From positions 303,180,001 to 303,244,000 of the forward strand of contig OZ024740.1 of the NCBI GenBank assembly GCA_964016885.1: a stretch of DNA of 64,000 nt, read 5' to 3'. A program made the translations under genes and the position numbers. The notes under the pieces were generated by a model. The model did not search any database, was not told where the DNA came from, and was given only the letters and a program-made list of their open reading frames with translations. Positions 18,091-37,548 of the stretch are shown here, piece by piece (the stretch's first letter is position 1; each line of letters starts with the position of its first letter). The DNA comes from Eledone cirrhosa (taxonomy: Eukaryota).

Positions 18091-18163
18091 TATTTCCCTC
18101 ACCAACAGATTGGTTTTTGCACTGAACACAAAACCCACTCCTCCTACTGCAGCATTATATATA

Positions 18164-18234
<71 letters not shown>

Positions 18235-18477
18235 GTATAGGATAATCCTGGATGCAGTAATGGTTAATTACTACACTGGATAGAGTTGACGTATGGTGAG
18301 GGGTTACTCAACGAGTTATGGGTTACTCAAATAGTTATAAATTTGCACATAGCATAACTAGGCTGTATAACCACCGTGGAAACATTTGTAAGCACACAGA
18401 ATAATTTACCTTTTTATGATGTCTACCTGTTATTATTCATTCTTTATATATACGTATATATATACATATATATATAG

Positions 18478-18626
<149 letters not shown>

Positions 18627-18635
18627 GATATATAG

Positions 18636-18686
<51 letters not shown>

Positions 18687-18699
18687 TATATATATATAT

Positions 18700-18788
<89 letters not shown>

Positions 18789-19172
18789 AAGGTTTACATA
18801 TACATAAATTTATATATGTTACAACCGGTCACTTTTTAGCTCTTTGAAGAATTAATAAATTAAATACTCAGAGCAATATATTATTATAAATCATGTCTAC
18901 AGAATTATTAGATAAACAAAATATATACTCCATTTCCTCTGCCAAACAGCACAATCAACCATATAAAAAAATCAATTATACTAAGCCATAAGGATAAAAG
19001 CTCCTATGAAGAAATCTCCGACAAACAAGCGAGAGTGGCTTCTTCGCGGTATCCACAGCAGATTATTTATCCAACATTTCGACAGCATGCATAAATCGAC
19101 CAAGTACATAATTAACCATATGCAATTCGGTGTAAAATCAAACATAGAAGAACTGTGTACATACCGTAACTA

Positions 19173-19252
19173 TATCGCTACCATGGTTTCATCCGTATTT
19201 TTAGATATCCTATTAATAGGAAATCCATTGAGTTCGGAATCATCAGGAGATA
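19173..19252 (-). ncRNA. Type I HHR (in an element at about 18790-19320, diverged relative of the 23-32 kb tandem unit)
   Basis: TATCTC-CTGATGA-T-TCCG...CGGA-T-GAAAC-CATG-GTA-GCGATA; palindromic ACCATGGT stem III. Confidence 0.7.
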
Positions 19253-19555
19253 AACTCAAAAATAGACACTTAGTATTCCAATACTAAGTATTGGAATACT
19301 AAGTGTCTATTTTTGAGTGGCTGCTATTTGCAGTATAGCAATATAAGTTTGTACTTACCAATGAAACGGTCATAAATACCTAGATAAAATCCTTCTCTTA
19401 ATGCTTACCTGTGTTTTCTCTTTTATACTTTATACTCCAAGATTAACGGAATTCTTACAAACTTGTGGAGTTACCCCTAACCGTACGTTGAAACCATCCA
19501 TGAAACTGGCTTTCTTAACCACGAACTGGATCACAATAAGCAATTTTCTGCTTCC

Positions 19556-19604
<49 letters not shown>

Positions 19605-19704
19605 AAAGTTTTATTTAAGATTGTTGGGTTACAACGAGTAAATATTTTATAACTGATATAAAAGCACTCAACAGTTTCTGGAGTAGGTTTACGATATTAA
19701 ACAA

Positions 19705-20060
19705 ATGGAAACTATATTTATAAAACCATATTTATTTCGTTATATATATTTCTGGGATATCATATTAAAAATATGGTATGCCTTCCTCAGACAAAATACA
19801 ATACATAATCTGTTTTATAAATAATTAGTGACATACCTTGTAATAATGTTTTAGTTTTTCTTTCTATATAACTGTCATAACAGTTTCACTACCAAATCAA
19901 CTTTTTAAATGGAAGTTGCATTATTACAAGGTATGTCACTAATTATTTATAAAACAGCTTATGTATTGTATTTTGTCTGAGGAAGGCATACCATATTTTT
20001 AATATGATATCCCAGAAATATATATAACGAAATAAATATGGTTTTATAAATATAGTTTCC

Positions 20061-20063
<3 letters not shown>
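19705..20063. repeat. Foldback with about 140-bp inverted arms, each containing an HHR (plus copy 19969-20034)
   Basis: TATTTTGT-CTGAGGA-A-GGCATA..CATATT/AATATG..TATCCC-A-GAAA-TATATA-TA-ACGAAATA. Confidence 0.75.
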
Positions 20064-20120
<57 letters not shown>

Positions 20121-20445
20121 TATATATATACATATATACACATATATATATATATACGTATATATACATATATATATATATACATATATATATATACATT
20201 CGCCAAGGGCCCGCTACTGAACAAACTCTCTGAACACTTCCCGAACTGCATGCACAAGAACTTTGCAACTTTCAAATACTCTAAGCCAGTGTTAAAGCCC
20301 GATGGCTAAAAACATATATATATATACATATATATATATACATATATATATATACACATATATATATATACACATATATATATATATATATACATATATA
20401 TATACGCGTATATACATATATATATATATACATATATATATATAA

Positions 20446-20492
<47 letters not shown>

Positions 20493-20549
20493 CATATATA
20501 TATATACATATATATATATATACATATATATACATATATATATATATAC

Positions 20550-20594
<45 letters not shown>

Positions 20595-20811
20595 CATACA
20601 TATATATATACATATATATATACATATATATATACATACATATATATATATGTATATATATATATGTAGAAGTACTATTTAAATTTTTGGGATAAAACAA
20701 GCAAATATTTTTATAACTGATATAAAGCACTCAACAAATTATCCTTCCAACAGAAATGGGCGCATTCTTTAAGGGTATGTCAATATTAATTTATAAAACT
20801 GATCTATATTA

Positions 20812-20876
20812 TATTTTTTCTGATGAAAGCACACCATAATTTAACTTGGTGTCCTTGAAATATGTATAATGAAATA
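20812..20876 (+). ncRNA. Type I HHR homologous to 19969-20034 with a different, still paired stem II
   Basis: TATTTTTT-CTGATGA-AAG.ACACCA..TGGTGT.CTT-GAAA-TATGTA-TA-ATGAAATA. Confidence 0.7.
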
Positions 20877-21033
20877 AATATGGTTTTATAAATATAGTTT
20901 CCATTTGGTAATATATCGTACATATATATATATATATATATATATCTATAACGAAGGAAATGTTGTAAGGAACCAGGTGGACCATAACGCAGCAAAGTAC
21001 TCAATACTTTGGGTAGTAGAGTGGGTAATAGGA

Positions 21034-21150
<117 letters not shown>

Positions 21151-21159
21151 TATACATAT

Positions 21160-22547
21160 ATATATATGAATGTATATATAGTATATTTTTCAATACACTG
21201 TATGCTTAATTAAAAGCATTTAGAAGACCTTATGCTATTGTTTTAGAGTAGTGACAGTCTCACTAACTTTAATTTTCAGCAAACAGGGGAGATAAAGCTA
21301 ACAGAGCTCTGTTTCGCATTTTTTTATGCTTATCAAAGCTAACGACTCCTACTGTTTGCTGAAAATAATGAATGTTTGATTCTTATAGAATAACAACAAC
21401 ACCCAAACAAACAATACTGACCTAAGAGAAGTATAAATATATAAATAAATATATACACAAGCACAATAACAACAAACACATATAAACACACACTAGTAAA
21501 CTAAGATAGAATACAATAACCAATACACAGTCACCCAAACACGAACACACATCAAACACTATACACACACGCAAACGCATGTGCAGAGAAGACAAAAATA
21601 AATAAATAAATAAATAAATAAACAGACTAAATAAAGATGGCGTAGGCATACAATACAACAGGAGGAAACATAATAGCACCACTGACGATGTTGCAGATGT
21701 GCAACGAAAGAACTTTGTATTTTTCACCGTTGGTCAGTCAATGGTAACATTGAGGACCGAATAAATTAAATTGACCGATATAAAAGACACAGAAGCGAAA
21801 ACCAACCAAACAGTGAGTGTGTTCTGTTATTAATTCTGGCAATATTATTACACAAATATGACCCTCCCCAAGTATAACAATATTTGTTTCGACACACGAT
21901 TTCATATCAAAAACCTCCCAAAACTAATTCATCGCCGTTATGGCATTAGCTTGTGCCAAGCTGAAAGGTTATTGAAAGACATTGTTTTCTGTTATATAAA
22001 AACTACAATAACAACAGAACAAATCCGCTTCTTAAAACACTGTGTTTCCTTCAAAATATACATAACAAACATATCAAAACAAGTAAATAATTTATTACTA
22101 AACAAAACACAAGCTGAACGACTAAAACACACAATAACAGTTAATATGAAAAGAACAACATACACAAAAGTTAACGAACTTTACAGACAGAAACGCATTA
22201 ACGGTAAGGAAGTTCGAAATCTCACCACACCAAACGAGAGGGATGAACTCATGAGAGTCATTCGACGTGAAACGAAATACGCCCGAAACGAATGCAATAG
22301 GCATTTTAATAAGAAATTAGAATGGATGAATAAGAAAAAACTAGAAGAAAGAAAAATAGAATATTCACAAAAATACCCAGATAATATCAACAATATCCGT
22401 ATGGCTGATGTATAACTACCGGAAGAATTTACCAATGACCACACAGTAAATATTTATGGGAACACTTTAATCAGTGAACAAGAACAACAAATTCTGCAGC
22501 TACCACCAAAATTTGCTACCACAAGTAAGAACCACAATGGTAGAAAT
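21160..22547 (+). mobile_element. 5' part of a PLE: inverted pLTR-like segment followed by N-terminal ORF, cut by an assembly gap
   Basis: ORF 21858-22415 (basic, ..IRFLKHC..) continues past one stop to VNIYGNTLISEQEQQILQLPPKFA, resembling the pre-RT region of PLE ORFs. Confidence 0.6.
21296..21340 (-). ncRNA. Type I HHR, U3-A8 core variant, with long extended stem I
   Basis: AGCT-TTGATAA-GCAT..ATGC-GAAAC-AGAGCTCT-GTT-AGCT; outer 14-bp stem TTTTCAGCAAACAG/CTGTTTGCTGAAAA. Confidence 0.72.
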
Positions 22548-22747
22548 NNNNNNNNNNNNNNNNNNNNNNNNNNNNNNNNNNNNNNNNNNNNNNNNNNNNN
22601 NNNNNNNNNNNNNNNNNNNNNNNNNNNNNNNNNNNNNNNNNNNNNNNNNNNNNNNNNNNNNNNNNNNNNNNNNNNNNNNNNNNNNNNNNNNNNNNNNNNN
22701 NNNNNNNNNNNNNNNNNNNNNNNNNNNNNNNNNNNNNNNNNNNNNNN
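22548..22747. other. Assembly gap (200 N)
   Basis: Run of N. Confidence 1.
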
Positions 22748-22774
22748 ATATCGCTATTTCAGAGCATTTATTCC

Positions 22775-22828
<54 letters not shown>

Positions 22829-22867
22829 CAGAGAGAGAGAGAGAGAGAGACATTTATATATATATAC

Positions 22868-22906
<39 letters not shown>

Positions 22907-22977
22907 CATATATATATACATATATATATATATATACATATATATATACATATCTATATATATATATACATATAGAG

Positions 22978-23023
<46 letters not shown>

Positions 23024-23562
23024 TATACATATATATATAAATATATATATATTATATATATAAAGTTTACATATATATATACATATATATACATATACGT
23101 GTTTTGCAACTGGTCACTTTGTGACTCAATGAAAAATTAATAAATTAAATAATTGTTTCTACTTTAGGCACAAGGCCAGCAATTACCCAGTGCATTACTG
23201 GTACTTTATTTTATCGACCCCGTAAGGATGAAAGGCAAAGTCAACCTATATATCTATATATATTAATAAAATTAAATAATCAGAGCTATATATCATAAAA
23301 CATGTCTATAGAATCACAAGATAAAATATATACTATTTCCTCTCCCAATTAGCATAATTAACTATATAAAAAATCGAATAGACCAGGCTATAAGAATGAG
23401 GCTTCTATGAAGAAATCTCCGACAAATAACCAAAACTAGCCCTTCGCGTCGGCCGTAGCGGAATATTTATCGAATATTTCGACAGCGTAATCGCCCAGAT
23501 ATAGTCAACTAAACAGAATTAGGTGTAAAATAAACTAGGAGAGAAATAGAATACATTTAAAT

Positions 23563-23650
23563 ACCTCTACCGTGGTTTCATCTGTATTTTGAGTCTTCGA
23601 ATAATTATGTAATAATTATATAAACTCGAGCACCGGATTCATCAGGAAGT
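23563..23650 (-). ncRNA. Type I HHR with enlarged stem II (copies at 25330-25435, 27964-28051, 30402-30489, 32163-32250)
   Basis: ACTTC-CTGATGA-ATC...GAT-GAAAC-CACG-GTA-GAGGT. Confidence 0.7.
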
Positions 23651-23940
23651 TCGCTCTTATCTAGACACTAAATTTTCCAAAGTGATCGCGCCAAGAATTC
23701 ATTCAAAATGGCTAAAAATCGTGACGTAGTCGCGGTCAGGTTGGAAGGGTGTGGTAGTTGCTCGATAAATATTCCGCTACGGCCGACGCGAAGGGCTAGT
23801 TTTGGTTATTTGTCGGAGATTTCTTCATAGAAGCCTCATTCTTATAGCCTGGTCTATTCGATATTTTTATATAGTTAATTATGCTAATTGGGAGAGGAAA
23901 TAGTATATATTTTATCTTGTGATTCTATAGACATGTTTTA

Positions 23941-23989
<49 letters not shown>

Positions 23990-23991
23990 TA

Positions 23992-24119
<128 letters not shown>

Positions 24120-24130
24120 CATATATATAC

Positions 24131-24193
<63 letters not shown>

Positions 24194-24230
24194 CATATAT
24201 ACATATATATATATATACATATATATATAC

Positions 24231-24321
<91 letters not shown>

Positions 24322-24365
24322 CTATACATATATATATACATATATATATATATACATATATATAT

Positions 24366-24433
<68 letters not shown>

Positions 24434-24446
24434 CATATATATATAC

Positions 24447-24611
<165 letters not shown>

Positions 24612-24629
24612 CATTTATATATATATAAC

Positions 24630-24666
<37 letters not shown>

Positions 24667-24739
24667 CATATATATATACATATATATATATATATACATA
24701 TATATATACATATCTATATATATATATACATATAGAGAG

Positions 24740-24792
<53 letters not shown>

Positions 24793-24798
24793 ATATAC

Positions 24799-24829
<31 letters not shown>

Positions 24830-25731
24830 AAAGTTTACATATATATATACATATATATACATATACGTGTTTTGCAACTGGTCACTTTGTGACTCAATGA
24901 AAAATTAATAAATTAAATAATTGTTTCTACTTTAGGCACAAGGCCAGCAATTACCCAGTGCATTACTGGTACTTTATTTTATCGACCCCGTAAGGATGAA
25001 AGGCAAAGTCAACCTATATATCTATATATATTAATAAATTAAATAATCAGAGCTATATATCATAAAACATGTCTATAGAATCACAAGATAAAATATATAC
25101 TATTTCCTCTCCCAATTAGCATAATTAACTATATAAAAAATCGAATAGACCAGGCTATAAGAATGAGGCTTCTATGAAGAAATCTCCGACAAATAACCAA
25201 AACTAGCCCTTCGCGTCGGCCGTAGCGGAATATTTATCGAATATTTCGACAACGTAATCGCCCAGATATAGTCAACTAAACAGAATTAGGTGTAAAATAA
25301 ACTAGGAGAAAATAGGAATACATTTAAATACCTCTACCGTGGTTTCATCTGTAGTTTGAGTCTTCGAATAATTATGTAATAATTATATAAACTCGAGCAC
25401 CGGATTCAACTCGAGCACCGGATTCATCAGGAAGTTCGCTCTTATCTAGACACTAAATTTTCCAAAGTGATCGCGCCTAGAATTCATTCAAAATGGCTAA
25501 AAATCGTGACGTAGTCGCGGTCAGGTTGGAAGGGGTGTGGTAGTTGCTCGATAAATATTCCGCTACGGCCGACGCGAAGGGCTAGTTTTGGTTATTTGTC
25601 GGAGATTTCTTCATAGAAGCCTCATTCTTATAGCCTGGTCTATTCGATATTTTTATATAGTTAATTATGCTAATTGGGAGAGGAAATAGTATATATTTTA
25701 TCTTGTGATTCTATAGACATGTTTTATGATA

Positions 25732-25849
<118 letters not shown>

Positions 25850-25852
25850 TAC

Positions 25853-25985
<133 letters not shown>

Positions 25986-26008
25986 CATATATATATATAC
26001 ATATATAT

Positions 26009-26039
<31 letters not shown>

Positions 26040-26050
26040 TACATATATAT

Positions 26051-26081
<31 letters not shown>

Positions 26082-26096
26082 TACATATATATATAC

Positions 26097-26145
<49 letters not shown>

Positions 26146-26228
26146 CATATATATACATATATATATATACATATATATATATATACATATATATATATAC
26201 ATATATATATATACATATATATATATAC

Positions 26229-26323
<95 letters not shown>

Positions 26324-26372
26324 TATATACATATATATATATATATACATATATATACATATATATATATAC

Positions 26373-26527
<155 letters not shown>

Positions 26528-26538
26528 CATATATATAC

Positions 26539-26665
<127 letters not shown>

Positions 26666-26680
26666 CATATATATATATAC

Positions 26681-26835
<155 letters not shown>

Positions 26836-26850
26836 CATATATATAAATAC

Positions 26851-26897
<47 letters not shown>

Positions 26898-26899
26898 AC

Positions 26900-26940
<41 letters not shown>

Positions 26941-26943
<3 letters not shown>

Positions 26944-27179
26944 GTGAATATAGACATAGAATATTCGAAAATATTCTGTATGTTTATAATAAACATTTTG
27001 AAGACCTAATCGCTATAGAATAGAATACGTCACGTATTACAATTAGATTCTCGATAAAAGCAAGGGAAGTAATCTATAGCGATTAGGTCTTCAAAATGTT
27101 TATTATAAACATACAGAATATTTTCGAATATTCTATGTCTATATTCACATATATATCGCTATTTCAGAGCATTTATTCC

Positions 27180-27182
<3 letters not shown>
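26941..27182. repeat. Head-to-head hairpin made of two partial copies of the 310-bp unit
   Basis: Identical to segments of the 44606-47020 array; junction TCTA at 27073-27076. Confidence 0.9.
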
Positions 27183-27231
<49 letters not shown>

Positions 27232-27270
27232 CAGAGAGAGAGAGAGAGAGAGACATTTATATATATATAC

Positions 27271-27309
<39 letters not shown>

Positions 27310-27382
27310 CATATATATATACATATATATATATATATACATATATATATACATATCTATATATATATATACATATAGAGAG

Positions 27383-27465
<83 letters not shown>

Positions 27466-28342
27466 AAAGTTTACATATATATATACATATATATACATAT
27501 ACGTGTTTTGCAACTGGTCACTTTGTGACTCAATGAAAAATTAATAAATTAAATAATTGTTTCTACTTTAGGCACAAGGCCAGCAATTACCCAGTGCATT
27601 ACTGGTACTTTATTTTATCGACCCGTAAGGATGAAAGGCAAAGTCAACCTATATATCTATATATATTAATAAATTAAATAATCAGAGCTATATATCATAA
27701 AACATGTCTATAGAATCACAAGATAAAATATATACTATTTCCTCTCCCAATTAGCATAATTAACTATATAAAAAATCGAATAGACCAGGCTATAAGAATG
27801 AGGCTTCTATGAAGAAATCTCCGACAAATAACCAAAACTAGCCCTTCGCGTCGGCCGTAGCGGAATATTTATCGAATATTTCGACAGCGTAATCGCCCAG
27901 ATATAGTCAACTAAACAGAATTAGGTGTAAAATAAACTAGGAGAAAATAGAATACATTTAAATACCTCTACCGTGGTTTCATCTGTATTTTGAGTCTTCG
28001 AATAATTATGTAATAATTATATAAACTCGAGCACCGGATTCATCAGGAAGTTCGCTCTTATCTAGACACTAAATTTTCCAAAGTGATCGCGCCAAGAATT
28101 CATTCAAAATGGCTAAAAATCGTGACGTAGTCGCGGTCAGGTTGGAAGGGGTGTGGTAGTTGCTCGATAAATATTCCGCTACGGCCGACGCGAAGGGCTA
28201 GTTTTGGTTATTTGTCGGAGATTTCTTCATAGAAGCCTCATTCTTATAGCCTGGTCTATTCGATATTTTTATATAGTTAATTATGCTAATTGGGAGAGGA
28301 AATAGTATATATTTTATCTTGTGATTCTATAGACATGTTTTA

Positions 28343-28767
<425 letters not shown>

Positions 28768-28786
28768 TATACATATATATATATAC

Positions 28787-28957
<171 letters not shown>

Positions 28958-28968
28958 CATATATATAC

Positions 28969-29097
<129 letters not shown>

Positions 29098-29112
29098 CAT
29101 ATATATATATAC

Positions 29113-29267
<155 letters not shown>

Positions 29268-29334
29268 CATATATATAAATACATATATATATATACATAT
29301 ATATATATATATTATATACATATATATATATAAC

Positions 29335-29377
<43 letters not shown>

Positions 29378-29378
<1 letters not shown>

Positions 29379-29614
29379 GTGAATATAGACATAGAATATT
29401 CGAAAATATTCTGTATGTTTATAATAAACATTTTGAAGACCTAATCGCTATAGAATAGAATACGTCACGTATTACAATTAGATTCTCGATAAAAGCAAGG
29501 GAAGTAATCTATAGCGATTAGGTCTTCAAAATGTTTATTATAAACATACAGAATATTTTCGAATATTCTATGTCTATATTCACATATATATCGCTATTTC
29601 AGAGCATTTATTCC

Positions 29615-29617
<3 letters not shown>
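29378..29617. repeat. Second copy of the 310-bp-unit hairpin
   Basis: Identical to 26941-27182; junction 29508-29511. Confidence 0.9.
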
Positions 29618-29668
<51 letters not shown>

Positions 29669-29707
29669 CAGAGAGAGAGAGAGAGAGAGACATTTATATA
29701 TATATAC

Positions 29708-29746
<39 letters not shown>

Positions 29747-29819
29747 CATATATATATACATATATATATATATATACATATATATATACATATCTATATA
29801 TATATATACATATAGAGAG

Positions 29820-29902
<83 letters not shown>

Positions 29903-30780
29903 AAAGTTTACATATATATATACATATATATACATATACGTGTTTTGCAACTGGTCACTTTGTGACTCAATGAAAAATTAATAAATTAAATAATTGTTTC
30001 TACTTTAGGCACAAGGCCAGCAATTACCCAGTGCATTACTGGTACTTTATTTTATCGACCCCGTAAGGATGAAAGGCAAAGTCAACCTATATATCTATAT
30101 ATATTAATAAATTAAATAATCAGAGCTATATATCATAAAACATGTCTATAGAATCACAAGATAAAATATATACTATTTCCTCTCCCAATTAGCATAATTA
30201 ACTATATAAAAAATCGAATAGACCAGGCTATAAGAATGAGGCTTCTATGAAGAAATCTCCGACAAATAACCAAAACTAGCCCTTCGCGTCGGCCGTAGCG
30301 GAATATTTATCGAATATTTCGACAGCGTAATCGCCCAGATATAGTCAACTAAACAGAATTAGGTGTAAAATAAACTAGGAGAAAATAGAATACATTTAAA
30401 TACCTCTACCGTGGTTTCATCTGTATTTTGAGTCTTCGAATAATTATGTAATAATTATATAAACTCGAGCACCGGATTCATCAGGAAGTTCGCTCTTATC
30501 TAGACACTAAATTTTCCAAAGTGATCGCGCCAAGAATTCATTCAAAATGGCTAAAAATCGTGACGTAGTCGCGGTCAGGTTGGAAGGGGTGTGGTAGTTG
30601 CTCGATAAATATTCCGCTACGGCCGACGCGAAGGGCTAGTTTTGGTTATTTGTCGGAGATTTCTTCATAGAAGCCTCATTCTTATAGCCTGGTCTATTCG
30701 ATATTTTTATATAGTTAATTATGCTAATTGGGAGAGGAAATAGTATATATTTTATCTTGTGATTCTATAGACATGTTTTA

Positions 30781-30824
<44 letters not shown>

Positions 30825-30826
30825 CA

Positions 30827-30962
<136 letters not shown>

Positions 30963-30973
30963 CATATATATAC

Positions 30974-31036
<63 letters not shown>

Positions 31037-31106
31037 CATATATACATATATATATATATACATATATATATACATATATATATATATACATATATATATA
31101 TTATAC

Positions 31107-31165
<59 letters not shown>

Positions 31166-31178
31166 CATATATATATAC

Positions 31179-31273
<95 letters not shown>

Positions 31274-31284
31274 CATATATATAC

Positions 31285-31447
<163 letters not shown>

Positions 31448-31464
31448 CATTTATATATATATAC

Positions 31465-31501
<37 letters not shown>

Positions 31502-31502
31502 C

Positions 31503-31533
<31 letters not shown>

Positions 31534-31576
31534 CATATATATATACATATCTATATATATATATACATATAGAGAG

Positions 31577-31663
<87 letters not shown>

Positions 31664-32542
31664 AAAGTTTACATATATATATACATATATATACATATAC
31701 GTGTTTTGCAACTGGTCACTTTGTGACTCAATGAAAAATTAATAAATTAAATAATTGTTTCTACTTTAGGCACAAGGCCAGCAATTACCCAGTGCATTAC
31801 TGGTACTTTATTTTATCGACCCCGTAAGGATGAAAGGCAAAGTCAACCTATATATCTATATATATTAATAAATTAAATAATCAGAGCTATATATCATAAA
31901 ACATGTCTATAGAATCACAAGATAAAATATATACTATTTCCTCTCCCAATTAGCATAATTAACTATATAAAAAATCGAATAGACCAGGCTATAAGAATGA
32001 GGCTTCTATGAAGAAATCTCCGACAAATAACCAAAACTAGCCCTTCGCGTCGGCCGTAGCGGAATATTTATCGAATATTTCGACAACGTAATCGCCCAGA
32101 TATAGTCAACTAAACAGAATTAGGTGTAAAATAAACTAGGAGAAAATAGAATACATTTAAATACCTCTACCGTGGTTTCATCTGTAGTTTGAGTCTTCGA
32201 ATAATTATGTAATAATTATATAAACTCGAGCACCGGATTCATCAGGAAGTTCGCTCTTATCTAGACACTAAATTTTCCAAAGTGATCGCGCCTAGAATTC
32301 ATTCAAAATGGCTAAAAATCGTGACGTAGTCGCGGTCAGGTTGGAAGGGGTGTGGTAGTTGCTCGATAAATATTCCGCTACGGCCGACGCGAAGGGCTAG
32401 TTTGGTTATTTGTCGGAGATTTCTTCATAGAAGCCTCAATTCTTATAGCCTGGTCTATTCGATATTTTTATATAGTTAATTATGCTAATTGGGAGAGGAA
32501 ATAGTATATATTTTATCTTGTGATTCTATAGACATGTTTTAT

Positions 32543-34736
<2,194 letters not shown>

Positions 34737-34973
34737 TGGTTGTATAGATAGATATACATGTAGCTATATCGAAAAAATAGAAGCCAATTATCCATTAAAT
34801 CACATTATCACCCTGAAAAAGAGAGAACAGATTGAACTATATAGTTCTAAATAAACTACTCGAATAAGTGACATGTTTGTCACTATTGGAATGTCTTTGT
34901 TCATAAGCATGCTTGTTCAGAACTGACATTGGGCTAAACAACAACTCCATCTAAAACTCTTTCAATAACTTAC

Positions 34974-35168
34974 AAAATCTTTGTATGGCTGAATCTGTGT
35001 CATTGTTGTGACCGTTTTCACCCAGTAAACAGGTATGAGATGTTTGAAAGAAGCCAAGTTGAGAGATTGTTTCCATGTAGAATCAAACAGTTCTTTGGAA
35101 ATCTTAACATTAAACTGGAAACTGATTACTCGGTGCCATATCTGTCCCGTCACTGGTTCAATATATAT
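34974..35168 (-). CDS. CD36/SCARB-family protein, exon (IYIEPVTG...LIPVYWVKT...)
   Basis: Matches CD36 C-terminal ectodomain pattern (DIEPITG...R.Q.N...P.LW); acceptor TTTCAG, donor GTAAGT; phase 0/0. Confidence 0.8.
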
Positions 35169-35289
35169 CTGAAAGAAGAAATACAAATGTATACACAAAT
35201 TATATTCTTGAGTGGTCTCGAATAATCGTCCCTCTCCACCCCTGCGCCGCTTATTGTGTTTTTCAGATTTTTCCAACCCACCCCCTCTT

Positions 35290-35659
35290 AGATAAAATAA
35301 AGTATCAGTCATGCACTTGGGTCGATTTAATCGACTTTCCCCTCTAAAAAGATTGCTGGCTTTGTGTTTAAATCAGAAATCATTATTATTATCGGTAGAA
35401 CGTCAGACACCATGCTTTGCAGCATAGGAGTTATGGCCCTTTACGTTGAGTTCAAATCCCGCCTGGTTAACTTTGCCTTTCATCCTTACGGGGTCGATAA
35501 AATAAAGCACCAGTAATGCACTGGGGTAATTGCTGGCCTTATGCCAAAAGTAGTTCATCCTTACGGGGTCGATAAAATAAAGTACCAGTCTCGCACTGGG
35601 GTTGATTTAATCGACTTTCTCCTCCCTCAAATTGCTGGCTTTGTGCCTATATAAGAAAC

Positions 35660-35665
<6 letters not shown>
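35290..35665 (+). mobile_element. Cluster of tRNA-derived SINE copies and fragments
   Basis: B box GAGTTCAAATCC; core TTTGCCTTTCATCCTTACGGGGTCGATAAAATAAAG; (ATT)n tail. Confidence 0.85.
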
Positions 35666-35693
<28 letters not shown>

Positions 35694-36123
35694 GCCATTA
35701 GATCAACAGACATGTGACATACTGTTCAATAACGACTATTAATTCCCTCAAAAGTCACTGATTGATTATTGGTTCATTGTTGTTTTATTTTTTAAGTTTG
35801 TGCAGATGTAGCGTATGTCGAACAAATGTTCACTGAACTTTACAATACAACGCATATTTTAAATGACAAAACAACATATTACAGTTTAGATATATCAATT
35901 GTCTCAACATATTAATGCTAGAAGAATGGGGAAGGAAGCTAAACAGATGTGTGGGAAAATCGTAAGTAGAAAAGATAGAAAAAAAAGGAATGAAGAAATT
36001 GGAAGAAAAATATTTGAAAAATTGAGGTTAATAGAAAATATATTGTTCTTGTAAGTTTTTGTATGATAGAGAAAGGAAAGAGAAATTGGAAGAAAGGAAG
36101 AAAAAAATTATAAAATTAATTAC

Positions 36124-36281
36124 ATAACAATGGGATTTGTTGCTTTTTGTTTTTCTTTCTACTTGAGTAATATTACTAGCTGTCGAATATGGGTGACTTA
36201 AGAAACTCATGTAACCATACTGTTGAGTAACGTTCTGAATACCGTCCTCTTCAATGAAGATTCCATCAGCTTTGAATTCAT
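36124..36281 (-). CDS. CD36/SCARB-family protein, exon (DEFKADG...GIQNVTQQYGYMSFLSHPY...SHCY)
   Basis: Aligns by eye to the CD36 G.L.IS...P.YIS.PHF...H region; AG/GT boundaries; phase 1/0 fits both neighbours. Confidence 0.78.
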
Positions 36282-36639
36282 CTGAGAAATAGAGAGAAAC
36301 ACATTATTATTGAGAGTAAGAAAAAAGTAAGATAGAGAGAGAGAGAGACGAAGAGATAGTGATAAACTTAAAGTCATTTGATTACACCAATGAGTTGTGA
36401 ATTTAAATCTTGCAAGAGTTGAATTTGCTGCTTAAACCTCTGGTGTTGGTTGTAGGGATGCTGGTTGATAAATTAAATCACAGTGAACTTCTGGTGTCGA
36501 TTTAATCAACTCACCTTCTATAATTTGGTTCATCGCGTCAATTCTATATATCAATATTTGGATACATAGAGATAGTGGAGCATTATAATTCCTTATAATA
36601 TTTAGTTTCATACATCTTCTTCGCCCAATTATTCTCAAG

Positions 36640-36925
36640 TGGTCCATGGGGGAAGTGTCCTCAAACACTCCTTCCAACGGGTCCTGTCAGAAACAAACGT
36701 CTTCAACTTATCCGGCTGAATCCTCAAACAAGAAAGATCAGCCGAACTCATGGATATTGTCCGACCATCTTGTATTTCCCTAATACTGGTGTAATGATAA
36801 AATGCACATGGTAGAGTTTGGAATCATATGTCTGGCCCCTGGCTCACCTGGAGTTCAGAGACTCTGCACGAGTACTGGCCGGTCTGTGATAACATTTCCG
36901 ACACTTGCTAGCAGGGAACACTTTA
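36640..36925 (-). mobile_element. Degraded 3' fragment of an RTE-type LINE
   Basis: TTCAAACACTCCTTCC..CGGGTCCTGTCAGAA shared with 48540-48575. Confidence 0.55.
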
Positions 36926-37319
36926 AATAATTGTTAATTAACCGTTTCTGATTATATTTTCTTTTACATATGCCTGTACAGTTATCATCTGTATAGAAAC
37001 GAACGTAGAAATAAAAAAAAAAGAATTTACTTTGATAACTTTGGTTTTCTTCATTTTAAATATTTATGCTCTGCCACCCTCACTTCCTCAACTGTAAGAA
37101 CTTTAACCTTCGAAGAGTATTTCGTTTGTTTTTAATGTGCTGAGTACTTTTAGCATACATTGAGATTTTCTCACCTGGAATACTCCATTATAATCACTTT
37201 ATATATATATATATATATATACATTATATACATTTTTGATGGATAGGTGTCATCTTGTTTTATTGTTAACACAACGTTTCGGCTGATGTACTAGTTTATA
37301 TATACTAGTTTATATATAT

Positions 37320-37548
37320 ATATATAAACTTAAGAAAATTAACAATGAGAGGACAAGACATCGAATGGAAACAAGGCAAAACGGAAAACAATTTATTAAG
37401 GGGAAACCTTAAAAAATTATTTAAATAAATATATATATATAAATAATTTTTAAGGTTTCCCCTTAATAAATTGTTTTCCGTTTTGTTTTGTTTCTGTTCG
37501 TTGTCTTGTCCTCTTTTTGTTAATTTTCTTAAGTTTTTATATATTTAT
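37320..37548. repeat. Foldback hairpin with about 105-bp arms
   Basis: AAACTTAAGAAAATTAACAA...AAAAATTATTTA and its reverse complement. Confidence 0.8.
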